Origin: an uncultured bacterium
GTDB lineage: Bacteria > Bacillota > Clostridia > Oscillospirales > CAG-272
Direction: 5' to 3'
DNA length: 64,000 nt
NCBI GenBank assembly: GCA_945920215.1
Contig: CAMEJM010000003.1
Location: 65,115-129,114, forward strand
Shown here: positions 35,427 to 43,602 of the stretch, piece after piece
Numbering within the stretch: the first letter of the stretch is position 1
How the letters are laid out: every line of letters starts with the position of its first letter
Translations under genes and position numbers: made by a program
Notes under the pieces: model-generated
Told to the model about the DNA's origin: nothing
The model's database searches: none
The model's input: only the letters and a program-made list of their open reading frames with translations

Positions 35427-35906
35427 TCAGAAGGGCAGATCGTCATCGTTCTGAATTTCTTCAAAGCCGCCGTTGGAAGCAGCTGCGTTCCCGCCCTGGT
35501 TATTGTAGGCGGGAGTGTTATAAGCATCAGGAGTGTACTGTGCATTTCCTCCCTGTGCCGAGTCTCCCTTGTTTTCGACAAAGGTCACCTCATCGGCAAC
35601 AACCTCGGTTGCATAGTGTTTCTGCCCGTTTTGGTCGGTCCAAGAACGGGATTGAATCTGTCCGCATACGAGGATCGGGCGCCCCTTCTTGAAGTATCTG
35701 ACCACAAATTCAGCGCTTTGCTTCCATGCCACTACGGTGATGAAATCGGCAGTCTGTACATTTGCCTCGCCGCCGTTGTTGCGGGAGACGAAACGACGAT
35801 TGACCGCCAGCGTAAATCTGCAAACGGATACACCGTTCGGAGTCTGCTTGAGTTCAGGGTCTGCTGTCAGATTACCAATCAGAATTACTTTGTTAAAACT
35901 AGCCAT
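35427..35906 (-). CDS. ssb: Single-stranded DNA-binding protein
   Basis: 159 aa. MASFNKVILIGNLTADPEL OB-fold start, Gly/Asn/Gln-rich tail ending in DDDLPF. Confidence 0.95.
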   Translation of the reverse strand: MASFNKVILIGNLTADPELKQTPNGVSVCRFTLAVNRRFVSRNNGGEANVQTADFITVVAWKQSAEFVVRYFKKGRPILVCGQIQSRSWTDQNGQKHYATEVVADEVTFVENKGDSAQGGNAQYTPDAYNTPAYNNQGGNAAASNGGFEEIQNDDDLPF

Positions 35907-35933
35907 TTTAACCTCCTGATGTCTTTACAACTG

Positions 35934-36332
35934 TTATTCCGCGTCTTTTTCAGCGGTTTCGGAATTTGCAGCGGCTTCGGTCTGCGCTTCAGCCTTTTCG
36001 GCAGGAGCAGCTTCTGCAACTGCAGGAGTCACCACAGCCCCGTCAAATCGAGTGGTCATAGAACGAATGATACCGTCGGTGATACCGAGGATACGCTCCA
36101 GCTCGAGGGGGAAAGTGGGTTCGCTCTTGAAGTTCATCAGCACATAGTACCCCTCATTTTTGTAGTTGATGGGGTATGCCAGTCTGCGCTTGCCCCACTC
36201 TGCAATCACAACATCGGATGCGTTGTCATTGACAAGTGCGGTGAACTTTGCCACGATTGCTGCGATGGCGTCATCAGCGAGAGTGCCGTCCACAACATAC
36301 ATGGTTTCGTAAGCAGCGAGTTTCTTTTCCAT
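35934..36332 (-). CDS. rpsF: 30S ribosomal protein S6 (with an acidic/Ala-rich C-terminal tail)
   Basis: Track ORF 35934..36392. ATG 36332 (MEKKLAAYETMYVV) follows AAAGGAGG. Also contains GKRRLAYPI. Confidence 0.92.
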   Translation of the reverse strand: MEKKLAAYETMYVVDGTLADDAIAAIVAKFTALVNDNASDVVIAEWGKRRLAYPINYKNEGYYVLMNFKSEPTFPLELERILGITDGIIRSMTTRFDGAVVTPAVAEAAPAEKAEAQTEAAANSETAEKDAE

Positions 36333-36413
36333 TTCGTTATTACCTCCTTTTGGACTTTTGGCTGCCGATGGCAGCAAGGAAGCATGGGTCAAAACAACCC
36401 TTGCCGATTATCC

Positions 36414-36442
36414 ATAATACCATCATTTATTAAAAAAGTCAA
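36414..36442 (-). promoter_or_regulatory. Promoter of rpsF-ssb-rpsR
   Basis: Minus strand: TTGACT (36442..36437), 17-nt spacer, TATTAT (36419..36414). Confidence 0.65.
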
Positions 36443-36455
36443 GTATTATATATCA

Positions 36456-37940
36456 TTATTTTTTTCTTCCGAACAACCCTCGTTTTTTGGGCGGAGCAGG
36501 AGTCTCGTCTGCCGACGGAGAGCTTTCTGAAAATTCTTGTACGGATTCCGCGGCTGCGTCGCCGCTGTCGGCATCACCGGCGGGTACATCTGTTTCGGTG
36601 ACGGCGGTGGCGGATTCATTTTCTTCCGTGTCATCCGTGAGAATGACATAGTTGCCGGAAGCGGCTTCCTCCGGCGTCATACCGTAATGCTCGGTAAAAG
36701 CGTCGACATCCTCCACGGTCACCCGTTCGTCGTCGCCTGCTTTTTTCTTTTTCGGCGGAACGGGAAGCTCTTCCAATTTGTCGTAAAAGGCATTGTTGAG
36801 AGGAAGATTCTTGCGCGCTAACAAACGGGCTTGGATTTCACGGTAGGCAACATCAAAGGATGTATAAAGGGGAACTGCGAAAATAATGCCGCCGAAGCCG
36901 AAGATCGCATAAAAAACGATGATGCAGGTGACGACAGTACCGGGACCGGGGCGAAGTTTTTTACGGAGAAAGAACGGTTCTATCAACAGGTTGGAAAGAA
37001 TGTTGATGGATGCCAGAATAATCAGCACCGCAAGCGCCTGCCACAAACGGTTGTCGGAGGTTGAGAACACAGCGACAAGTACAGTCGAGACCGCTGTCGC
37101 CGCAACCGGACCGAACACTGGTACAAAGTTGGCAACAAATACAAGCACCGCGATGATAATTCTGTACGGCACATGGAAAGGCAGACACAGGAGATAGGAC
37201 AGCAGTGCGAGAATAAACCCGGATATGAGACGGTAGGAAAAGAATTCAACGAAGAAGTTATAAATACGCTTTACCACCGCGAAAGTAGCGGTGCGGAATT
37301 TATCCGGCAGAATAGCGGTGAACAGTTTGTTGGAGACGGTTGTGAGGTACCGCCGGCAGACAAGGAAATAAGTTGCAAGAACAAGCCCTACCACAATGTC
37401 GTAAATCTTTGAAACGATTGTGGAGACGAGGGTAGTGACCGTGGTAATCAGACTGCCGGAGTCGGGTGCGAGGAGGTTGTCAAAGAAGTCATAGACGACA
37501 TGATACAGCTTTGCCCAGATGGCAGACGCGGAAGCGTCAACACGCTCCGTAATGGCGTCAATCTGCGGTGCAACGCTGGAACGGAATGAGTTGTATGCCG
37601 TAACGAACGCAGGTACAATGTTTATCAGAACAACGGCAAGCAGGGATACAAAAAGTATATCCACAAAAATGGTTGCCAAAAGAGCAAGCAGCACAGGGTG
37701 TTCTTTGCGCCTGTTGACCATTTTGGAAAAAACGCGCTCAAAGAAACGTACAAGAGGCAGAAAGCAAAAAGTGAAGAAAATGCCGAAGAACAGGCTCGCA
37801 AGTTTACTCAGAAAGACGCCGATGCCGTGGATGATCACATCGATGTTTAAGCATATAACGCCCAAAACCAAGGCGAACGCGATAACAAGCAGGGCATAAA
37901 CCGCAATGGTCGTATAAGTTCTGTTCAGTTTTAGTTTCAC
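36456..37940 (-). CDS. AI-2E family transporter (PerM/UPF0118) with a long acidic C-terminal tail
   Basis: 494 aa, GTG start. It is a polytopic membrane protein of the AI-2E type (VANFVPVFGPVAATAV). The last ~110 residues are hydrophilic and acidic. Confidence 0.8.
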   Translation of the reverse strand: MKLKLNRTYTTIAVYALLVIAFALVLGVICLNIDVIIHGIGVFLSKLASLFFGIFFTFCFLPLVRFFERVFSKMVNRRKEHPVLLALLATIFVDILFVSLLAVVLINIVPAFVTAYNSFRSSVAPQIDAITERVDASASAIWAKLYHVVYDFFDNLLAPDSGSLITTVTTLVSTIVSKIYDIVVGLVLATYFLVCRRYLTTVSNKLFTAILPDKFRTATFAVVKRIYNFFVEFFSYRLISGFILALLSYLLCLPFHVPYRIIIAVLVFVANFVPVFGPVAATAVSTVLVAVFSTSDNRLWQALAVLIILASINILSNLLIEPFFLRKKLRPGPGTVVTCIIVFYAIFGFGGIIFAVPLYTSFDVAYREIQARLLARKNLPLNNAFYDKLEELPVPPKKKKAGDDERVTVEDVDAFTEHYGMTPEEAASGNYVILTDDTEENESATAVTETDVPAGDADSGDAAAESVQEFSESSPSADETPAPPKKRGLFGRKK

Positions 37941-39280
37941 TGCGAATCGCCTCCTTTTTGACCTTTGTTCTTATCGGAGGCAAAATGTTTACGGCTCATA
38001 TCTTCCATGCTGTTTTCATCAAGCATATCGGAAAGAAGAGCCGGATCGGGCTGCGGAGGTTCCTTGGATTCCCAGGAAAATTTTGCAGCCGATTCTTTTT
38101 CCTGCGGGGCATAGGCTTCGGTTTCTGTCGGGAGATTCTTTTTCCGCAGGCGTTTATTTGTCATATCTTTGACAAGGTTATAGATGACGGTAAACAGCGG
38201 TACGGCAATGAACATACCGAACATTCCCCAGAAACTGCCGAGTACAATGATGGAGACAACCACCCACAAGGAGGAAATACCAATGGTTTTACCGAGAATT
38301 TTCGGACCGATGACATTGCCGTCAAGGGTCTGAATAGCAATGACGATCAGCAGAAGAATAAACGCGCGCAGAAAACCGCCTTCGTTATCGATTAAGACCA
38401 GTAACACGCACGGAACCGCGCCGATGATAGGACCTATGTAGGGGATGATGTTGGTGATGCAGATAACGGCGGCAATCAAAAGGAAATATGGCATATGGAA
38501 TGCCGCGGGGAAAATAGGCAGGCGTAAAAACGCCAAAACCGCCAGTGTGATGACGCCGATAATCAGAGAGTCAAAAATTTTGCCGATAAAGAACTGACCG
38601 AAAATACGGTTCGACATATGGACGGTATGAATGGTTGCGTTGAATGCCCGCGGCGGGAGGATCGACGCCAGGAGCTTTTTGCTGCCGCGGCGCAGGTTTT
38701 CATTGTGCAGGAGGATGAAAAAAGAGAGAAACAGTCCCACCAGGAAATTGAACACGACACGCCCGATTTTACTGCCGAAATTCCGGAAATAGTTGACAAT
38801 GAAGTTGGAAACCTGATCAATTGTCTGGGAAGCGTCCCCGATGGAAATGCCGAAGGTGTTGAGCAGCAATGTGCGGATTTTCTCATACAACATTGAAATG
38901 TTCGTTGAGATGTTGTGGGAAATTGAGTCAAAGTTCTGAATGAGCTGCGGAAAAATAAGAAAGCCGAACAGCGCGATGATACAGCAGAGGATCACATAAG
39001 TGACGATCAGGCATATGATACGCTTGATGTACGGGGTGCGCTTTTTTCGGTCTACATACTTCATCAGACGTTTTTCAGTCAGAGAGAGCAAAGGATTGAT
39101 CAGATATGCCAGCATCAATCCGTAAAAAATCGGCGAGATGATATAAAAGAAGCGTCCGATAGCGCTGAAAATGGTGGGCAGGTACACGCAAATGGCAACA
39201 CCGATGATGGTCAGTGCCAATACGGCGCAGACATAGAGGGAAATTGTCAGATACTTCTTATTCCAGTTGATTTTATTCAT
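37937..39280 (-). CDS. AI-2E family transporter (PerM/UPF0118), paralogue
   Basis: Track ORF 37937..39388. ATG 39280 (MNKINWNKKYLT) follows GGAGAA. It has the ITNIIPYIGPIIGAVP motif. Its stop overlaps the GTG start of the downstream paralogue (GTGA). Confidence 0.8.
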   Translation of the reverse strand: MNKINWNKKYLTISLYVCAVLALTIIGVAICVYLPTIFSAIGRFFYIISPIFYGLMLAYLINPLLSLTEKRLMKYVDRKKRTPYIKRIICLIVTYVILCCIIALFGFLIFPQLIQNFDSISHNISTNISMLYEKIRTLLLNTFGISIGDASQTIDQVSNFIVNYFRNFGSKIGRVVFNFLVGLFLSFFILLHNENLRRGSKKLLASILPPRAFNATIHTVHMSNRIFGQFFIGKIFDSLIIGVITLAVLAFLRLPIFPAAFHMPYFLLIAAVICITNIIPYIGPIIGAVPCVLLVLIDNEGGFLRAFILLLIVIAIQTLDGNVIGPKILGKTIGISSLWVVVSIIVLGSFWGMFGMFIAVPLFTVIYNLVKDMTNKRLRKKNLPTETEAYAPQEKESAAKFSWESKEPPQPDPALLSDMLDENSMEDMSRKHFASDKNKGQKGGDSQ

Positions 39281-39320
39281 GGCTTCTCCGTGCAAAAGCG
39301 TATCATTCAAGATTATAACA

Positions 39321-39349
39321 ATTATAAAGGATATAAAAAGGAATTGCAA
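39321..39349 (-). promoter_or_regulatory. Promoter of the AI-2E transporter pair
   Basis: Minus strand: TTGCAA (39349..39344), 17-nt spacer, TATAAT (39326..39321). Confidence 0.65.
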
Positions 39350-39378
39350 GAGCGGAAAGCCATTTTTCAAAAAACGCG

Positions 39379-39407
39379 TTGCAAACAAAGGGCGGTCATG
39401 TTAAAAT
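39379..39407 (+). promoter_or_regulatory. Promoter of ispE
   Basis: TTGCAA (39379..39384), 17-nt spacer ending in TGT, TAAAAT (39402..39407). Confidence 0.65.
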
Positions 39408-39472
39408 ACAGAAAAGCGAAACGGCGAATTGAACATTTTTGGCGCCGTTGCCGAAAGGAGCTGAAAGAACGG

Positions 39473-40345
39473 ATGATCACTCTAATTGAAAGCGCTCCTG
39501 CTAAAATCAATTTCTGGCTTTCGGTCGGCGCCAAGCGCGCGGATGGTTTTCACGAGATTGAAACAGTGATGCACACCGTATCACTTGCCGATACCGTGCG
39601 TGTATCCGTAGGGGAGGGGAGCGGCATCTCTCTGACGGTTGCGGGCAACCCCTCCGTTCCGAGTGACGAGAGCAACCTCGCCGTGCGGGCGGCGCAGCTG
39701 TTCTTAACGCGCGCAGGGCAAAGTTGTAAGGTACAAATCCACTTGGAAAAAAGAATTCCGATGGCGGGAGGTCTGGCAGGCGGCTCCGCAGATGCGGCAG
39801 CAGTTCTCAGAGCCTTAAACAAATCGTTTCACGGGTATTATTCTTTGGCAGAACTTGCGGGACTGGCTGCGGAATTAGGGTCTGATATTCCTTTTTGCGT
39901 ATATGGCGGTTTGGCGCTGTGCCGCGGGCGGGGAGAAATATTGACGCCGTTGTCTTCAGGACGGAAATACTCTTTTCTGATTGCAAACGCGGGGGAAAAG
40001 GTCAGCACGGCTGCGGCATATGCGGCTTTGGATTCCTGCCCTGTAAAGAGGGGTGCGGACAGAAGCTCCGCCGGGTGTCTTGGCGCCTTGGAACAGGGTG
40101 ATTTTACGGCGCTTGCGCAGTCCTTGTACAATCGTTTTGAGGAGTATGTGCTTCCGATTTGTCCCGGTGCAGCCGGAATGCGCGCAGCACTCAGGGAACA
40201 GGGGGGCTCCGCACTCATGAGCGGGAGCGGACCAAGCGTGTTCGGCGTGTTTGAAAGTAAAGCAGCCGCACTTTCGGCGCAAAAGAAGCTTTCGTTCGAA
40301 ACTGTATATGCCGAAAGTCTGTTCCCGGAGTATGATTTCAGATAA
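39473..40345 (+). CDS. ispE: 4-diphosphocytidyl-2-C-methyl-D-erythritol kinase
   Basis: Track ORF 39290..40345. ATG 39473 gives MITLIESAPAKINFWLSVGAKRADGFHEIETVM. The GHMP kinase motif is IPMAGGLAGGSADAAA. Confidence 0.92.
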   Translation: MITLIESAPAKINFWLSVGAKRADGFHEIETVMHTVSLADTVRVSVGEGSGISLTVAGNPSVPSDESNLAVRAAQLFLTRAGQSCKVQIHLEKRIPMAGGLAGGSADAAAVLRALNKSFHGYYSLAELAGLAAELGSDIPFCVYGGLALCRGRGEILTPLSSGRKYSFLIANAGEKVSTAAAYAALDSCPVKRGADRSSAGCLGALEQGDFTALAQSLYNRFEEYVLPICPGAAGMRAALREQGGSALMSGSGPSVFGVFESKAAALSAQKKLSFETVYAESLFPEYDFR

Positions 40346-40352
40346 GCAACAG

Positions 40353-40379
40353 GCGCTCGCGTTTCGCGGGCGCTTTTTA
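40353..40379 (+). terminator. ispE terminator
   Basis: GCGCTCGC-gtttc-GCGGGCGC (8 bp including one G:U) followed by TTTTTAC. Confidence 0.7.
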
Positions 40380-40414
40380 CTGCTTAAAACAGGTCATGTT
40401 TTTTATACGCGTTG

Positions 40415-40443
40415 TTGACACTCTATAAGAAAAATGTTATAAT
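40415..40443 (+). promoter_or_regulatory. Consensus sigma-A promoter of the TerB-like/ATPase/helicase cassette
   Basis: TTGACA (40415..40420), 17-nt spacer ending in TGT, TATAAT (40438..40443). It lies 32 nt upstream of the GTG start. Confidence 0.75.
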
Positions 40444-40475
40444 CAAACTTATGAAAAAACGAGGAGGGCGGAAGA

Positions 40476-42152
40476 GTGGACGAGCGCAAAATGCGTGAAA
40501 ACGACGCTTTTTGGGACATCGCGTCACTGGTGCCGCGAAAACAGCGCCCTACGCTTTCTTCTTTTATTCCCACCCCCGCCGCGCCGATGTACGAAGCGGA
40601 AGAAACCGAGAGTGGGGAGCAGCATTCCGGAGAGTCGCGCACGCTGCATTTTGCCGAGACAGCCGGCACTGCCGAAACATACCTGCCGGAGGGCAATCCT
40701 TTCCTTGGGAGCGTAAGTATCCTGCGCCGGACAGGCGGCTATGATTTTTACCGCTTGTTTTTATCGGACGCCGTAAAATATTTTTCTTTATGGGGAACAG
40801 AAATGCCCTATGTACCGTTTTTTTCCTATATGCCGCAATATTCTCAACTGTCGCCGCAGCAGTCGGCTTACTATCTTTGGTGGCGGGAACAAGTAAAAAC
40901 GGGGAATTTTCTGCGCTGTGACGAAGGTTACTTTTACCTGTACGTGTATGAGATCCTGAATTTGACTCCGTCGCTGATCGACCCCCATGACGGCATACTT
41001 CAGCTTTGCCGCGTGTGGTCGGCATATCATAAAGAAATGCCGAAAATCAACAAATTCCTTTCGGAATGGATCATTGATTATTGCTTGATTTTTCGTTTGC
41101 GTTGCCCGCAAAAAGAGCTTTCCGGGATGATGGCCGCGGTATTGTCTCAAACCGCTTTCAGGGAATTTTATCTCGGCGCTTTGGCAGAGCGTACAACCGA
41201 AAGCACGGAAACGCTGTTGGCGCTTCTCAGCGATTACAACTGGCATACCAGCCGCTATGCGGCGGGAGACACTGCCGGGGCTTATGCCCAGCACATTCCG
41301 GGGTCGATGTATTCCGTTTTCGAGCACTTGTTTGAACGGGGCGACTTGTCTATCGGTGACGGAGCAGAGAGTGAACTTGAACGCACTGCGTTTTGCGGCG
41401 CTTTGTGTGCCGGCGGAATCAAAACGGCTCTGCGCGTGATTTATCGTCCTTTTTCGGGCGCCACTGCTTTGCGGTCGAATATCTCGGCTGCCGTTAAGTA
41501 CAGCGAGAATATCCTGCGTGCGAAATTGGGGCTGAAAAGCAGGTTGAATGTTCCGCCGCTTGACGAGGAATACAAGCGTTTGATCGACGCGTATTACCGC
41601 GTCATGTATGTCCGGGAAGCACCACTGAAAAAAACCGTGACAGCGCCAACGCCTGCGTATGAGGCGCTTTATGATGCGCCGGAAACCGGATTTGACTTTA
41701 CACGCGCGGATGAGATCGAAGCGCTTTCATGGGAGAATACCAAACGCCTGATTCCGGAAGCGGAATTGTCTGAGAGCGCCGATGAAGAGACGGTTCAACC
41801 TTTCCCTCGCATCCAAGAGAACGGTGCGGAAAGCACGCATGATAATAACGGTTGCGCAGAAGCCGACGCGACGCTTTCCCACGGTGCCGCCGATACCTTT
41901 GGCTTGAGTGAAGAAGCAATATTGTTTCTTTGTGCGTTGGAAAGCGGAGCAAAACCGGGAGAGAAATTCCGCGGGCGGGAGGATCTTCTGGCAGATCAGA
42001 TCAACGTTGCGTTTTCGGAGCGCAGCACGATAGGCGATATTATTCTTGAAAATGAGGGCGAAGGATACGTCCTGATACCCGACTACGCAGAGGAGGTTCA
42101 ACAATGGATAGCAGCCATACGGCGGGAGTTGCCGTACCCAAAAGAATACTGA
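40476..42152 (+). CDS. TerB-N / TerB-C domain protein (SngA-like, Shango-type system component)
   Basis: 558 aa, GTG start after GAGGAGGG. TerB-N-like core: VPFFSYMPQYSQLSPQQSAYYLWWREQVKTGNFLRCDEGYFYLYVYEILN. TerB-C-like end: FGLSEEAILFLCAL...LADQINVAFSERSTIGDIILENEGEGYVLIPDY. Confidence 0.75.
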   Translation: MDERKMRENDAFWDIASLVPRKQRPTLSSFIPTPAAPMYEAEETESGEQHSGESRTLHFAETAGTAETYLPEGNPFLGSVSILRRTGGYDFYRLFLSDAVKYFSLWGTEMPYVPFFSYMPQYSQLSPQQSAYYLWWREQVKTGNFLRCDEGYFYLYVYEILNLTPSLIDPHDGILQLCRVWSAYHKEMPKINKFLSEWIIDYCLIFRLRCPQKELSGMMAAVLSQTAFREFYLGALAERTTESTETLLALLSDYNWHTSRYAAGDTAGAYAQHIPGSMYSVFEHLFERGDLSIGDGAESELERTAFCGALCAGGIKTALRVIYRPFSGATALRSNISAAVKYSENILRAKLGLKSRLNVPPLDEEYKRLIDAYYRVMYVREAPLKKTVTAPTPAYEALYDAPETGFDFTRADEIEALSWENTKRLIPEAELSESADEETVQPFPRIQENGAESTHDNNGCAEADATLSHGAADTFGLSEEAILFLCALESGAKPGEKFRGREDLLADQINVAFSERSTIGDIILENEGEGYVLIPDYAEEVQQWIAAIRRELPYPKEY

Positions 42153-43486
42153 ACAATCTCCTCTCCGCTCTGGAAGCGGGTGTGGTACCGCGCAGCGGCG
42201 CGCCCTATATTGCCATCGGGCGCGGGGAAGAAATCAAGTCCTTGCTTGAAAATCTCGAAACGGTCTCCGACGGCGGCGCCGTCGTCAGATTCCTGATCGG
42301 GCGTTACGGAAGCGGTAAGAGTTTTTTGATACAGTTGATCCGAGGGTATGCGCTCGATCGTGACTTCCTTTGCGCCGATGCGGATTTGTCACCCGAGAGA
42401 AAACTGTCAGGCGCCGGAGGAATTGCCACATACCGGGAGTTGATGCGCAACTTCGCGTCCAAAGCGGCGCCGGATGGCGGCGCTCTGCCGTTGGTGCTTT
42501 CCAGGTTTTATAACGGATTGCGGGAAAAACTTGTCGCGCAGGGGATGGACCCTGAGAGTTCTTCTTTCCAAAACGAACTGAAAAAAGAAATACACGCCGT
42601 TTTGTCCGAGATGGAGACCGGGATCGGCGGGTTTGAGTTCGCGCGGGTGCTCGGCGCCTATTTCACCGCCCTGTCCGACGATCATTCCGAAATCAAAAGC
42701 GCCTGCCTGCGTTGGTTGCGCGGGGAATTCGCCACAAAAACCGAAGCGCGCGCCGCGCTGGGCTTTGCGGTCGGCGGAATTATCGATGACGCCAACTGGT
42801 ACGAGTATCTGAAGCTGTGGGCGGCTCTTTCGGCAAAAATCGGGTATCACGGATTGATTGTGTACGTCGACGAGTGCATCAACCTTTATAAAATTCCGAA
42901 CCGTATCTCACGGGAGGCAAATTACGAGAAGCTCCTCGCCGTGTTCAACGATACTTTACAGGGCAGGGCGGCGCATCTCGGCGTCTTTTTCGGCGGCACT
43001 CCGCAGTTTCTCGAGGACACGCGTCGCGGACTGTTCAGCTATGAGGCCCTGCGCTCTCGTCTGGAGGACAGCCGCTTCGTCGCGGAGGGCGGCTTCCGTA
43101 ATTTATCTGCGCCCGTGATGCGCCTCCGCCGCTTGTCCGATAACGAGTTGCTTGCGCTGATTGCGCGTTTGTCGCGCCTTTATGCGCAAAAGTATAACAC
43201 TGACGAACTGGTCAGCGAAAAGCAAATGCAGACCTTTTTGCAGTACGAGCTTTCCCGCGCAGGGGCGCAGACAATGGTGACGCCGCGCGAAATGATACGT
43301 GACTTCCTGTCACTGCTTTCGGTTCTTCGCGAGAATCCGGGAACGGAATTTGAAACCTTAGTCAAACTGACGGCGGTCAGTACCGGCATACAGGAAGAGG
43401 AGGATATTCCGTCGGGTTCCACGTCCGCGGCGCAACCAATCAATAGCTCCGCTTCTACTGTTAAAATGTTTGATATTGATATTTGA
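42104..43486 (+). CDS. DUF2791/BrxD-like P-loop ATPase (SngB-like)
   Basis: 460 aa. ATG follows GAGGAGG (7-nt spacer) and overlaps the upstream gene by 49 nt. Walker A IGRYGSGKSF, Walker B GLIVYVDEC. The N-terminus LSALEAGVVPRSGAPYIAIGRGEE is typical of this family. Confidence 0.75.
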   Translation: MDSSHTAGVAVPKRILNNLLSALEAGVVPRSGAPYIAIGRGEEIKSLLENLETVSDGGAVVRFLIGRYGSGKSFLIQLIRGYALDRDFLCADADLSPERKLSGAGGIATYRELMRNFASKAAPDGGALPLVLSRFYNGLREKLVAQGMDPESSSFQNELKKEIHAVLSEMETGIGGFEFARVLGAYFTALSDDHSEIKSACLRWLRGEFATKTEARAALGFAVGGIIDDANWYEYLKLWAALSAKIGYHGLIVYVDECINLYKIPNRISREANYEKLLAVFNDTLQGRAAHLGVFFGGTPQFLEDTRRGLFSYEALRSRLEDSRFVAEGGFRNLSAPVMRLRRLSDNELLALIARLSRLYAQKYNTDELVSEKQMQTFLQYELSRAGAQTMVTPREMIRDFLSLLSVLRENPGTEFETLVKLTAVSTGIQEEEDIPSGSTSAAQPINSSASTVKMFDIDI

Positions 43487-43602
43487 GTTGCGGCAGAATT
43501 GGCTACGCACGTCAAAATGTTAAAAAGGCACCGTATCCGACGGCAATTTCATGTCAGAGAGATATTTGAAGCAGACAATAAGAGAGAAAGGAGAGCCGCA
43601 CA

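Noticed and set aside
36333-36413. Possible S6:S18-binding autoregulatory structure in the rpsF leader (hairpin GCTGCC-atc-GGCAGC). A possible S20 leader lies similarly at 33110..33232.
   Set aside because: Both are plausible from known ribosomal-protein autoregulation, but I cannot verify the conserved motifs by eye. They are not annotated as features.
35331-36530. Plus-strand ORF of 399 aa.
   Set aside because: It spans the opposite strand of rpsR, ssb and rpsF, which are unambiguous. It crosses two intergenic regions, and its translation has no family signature.
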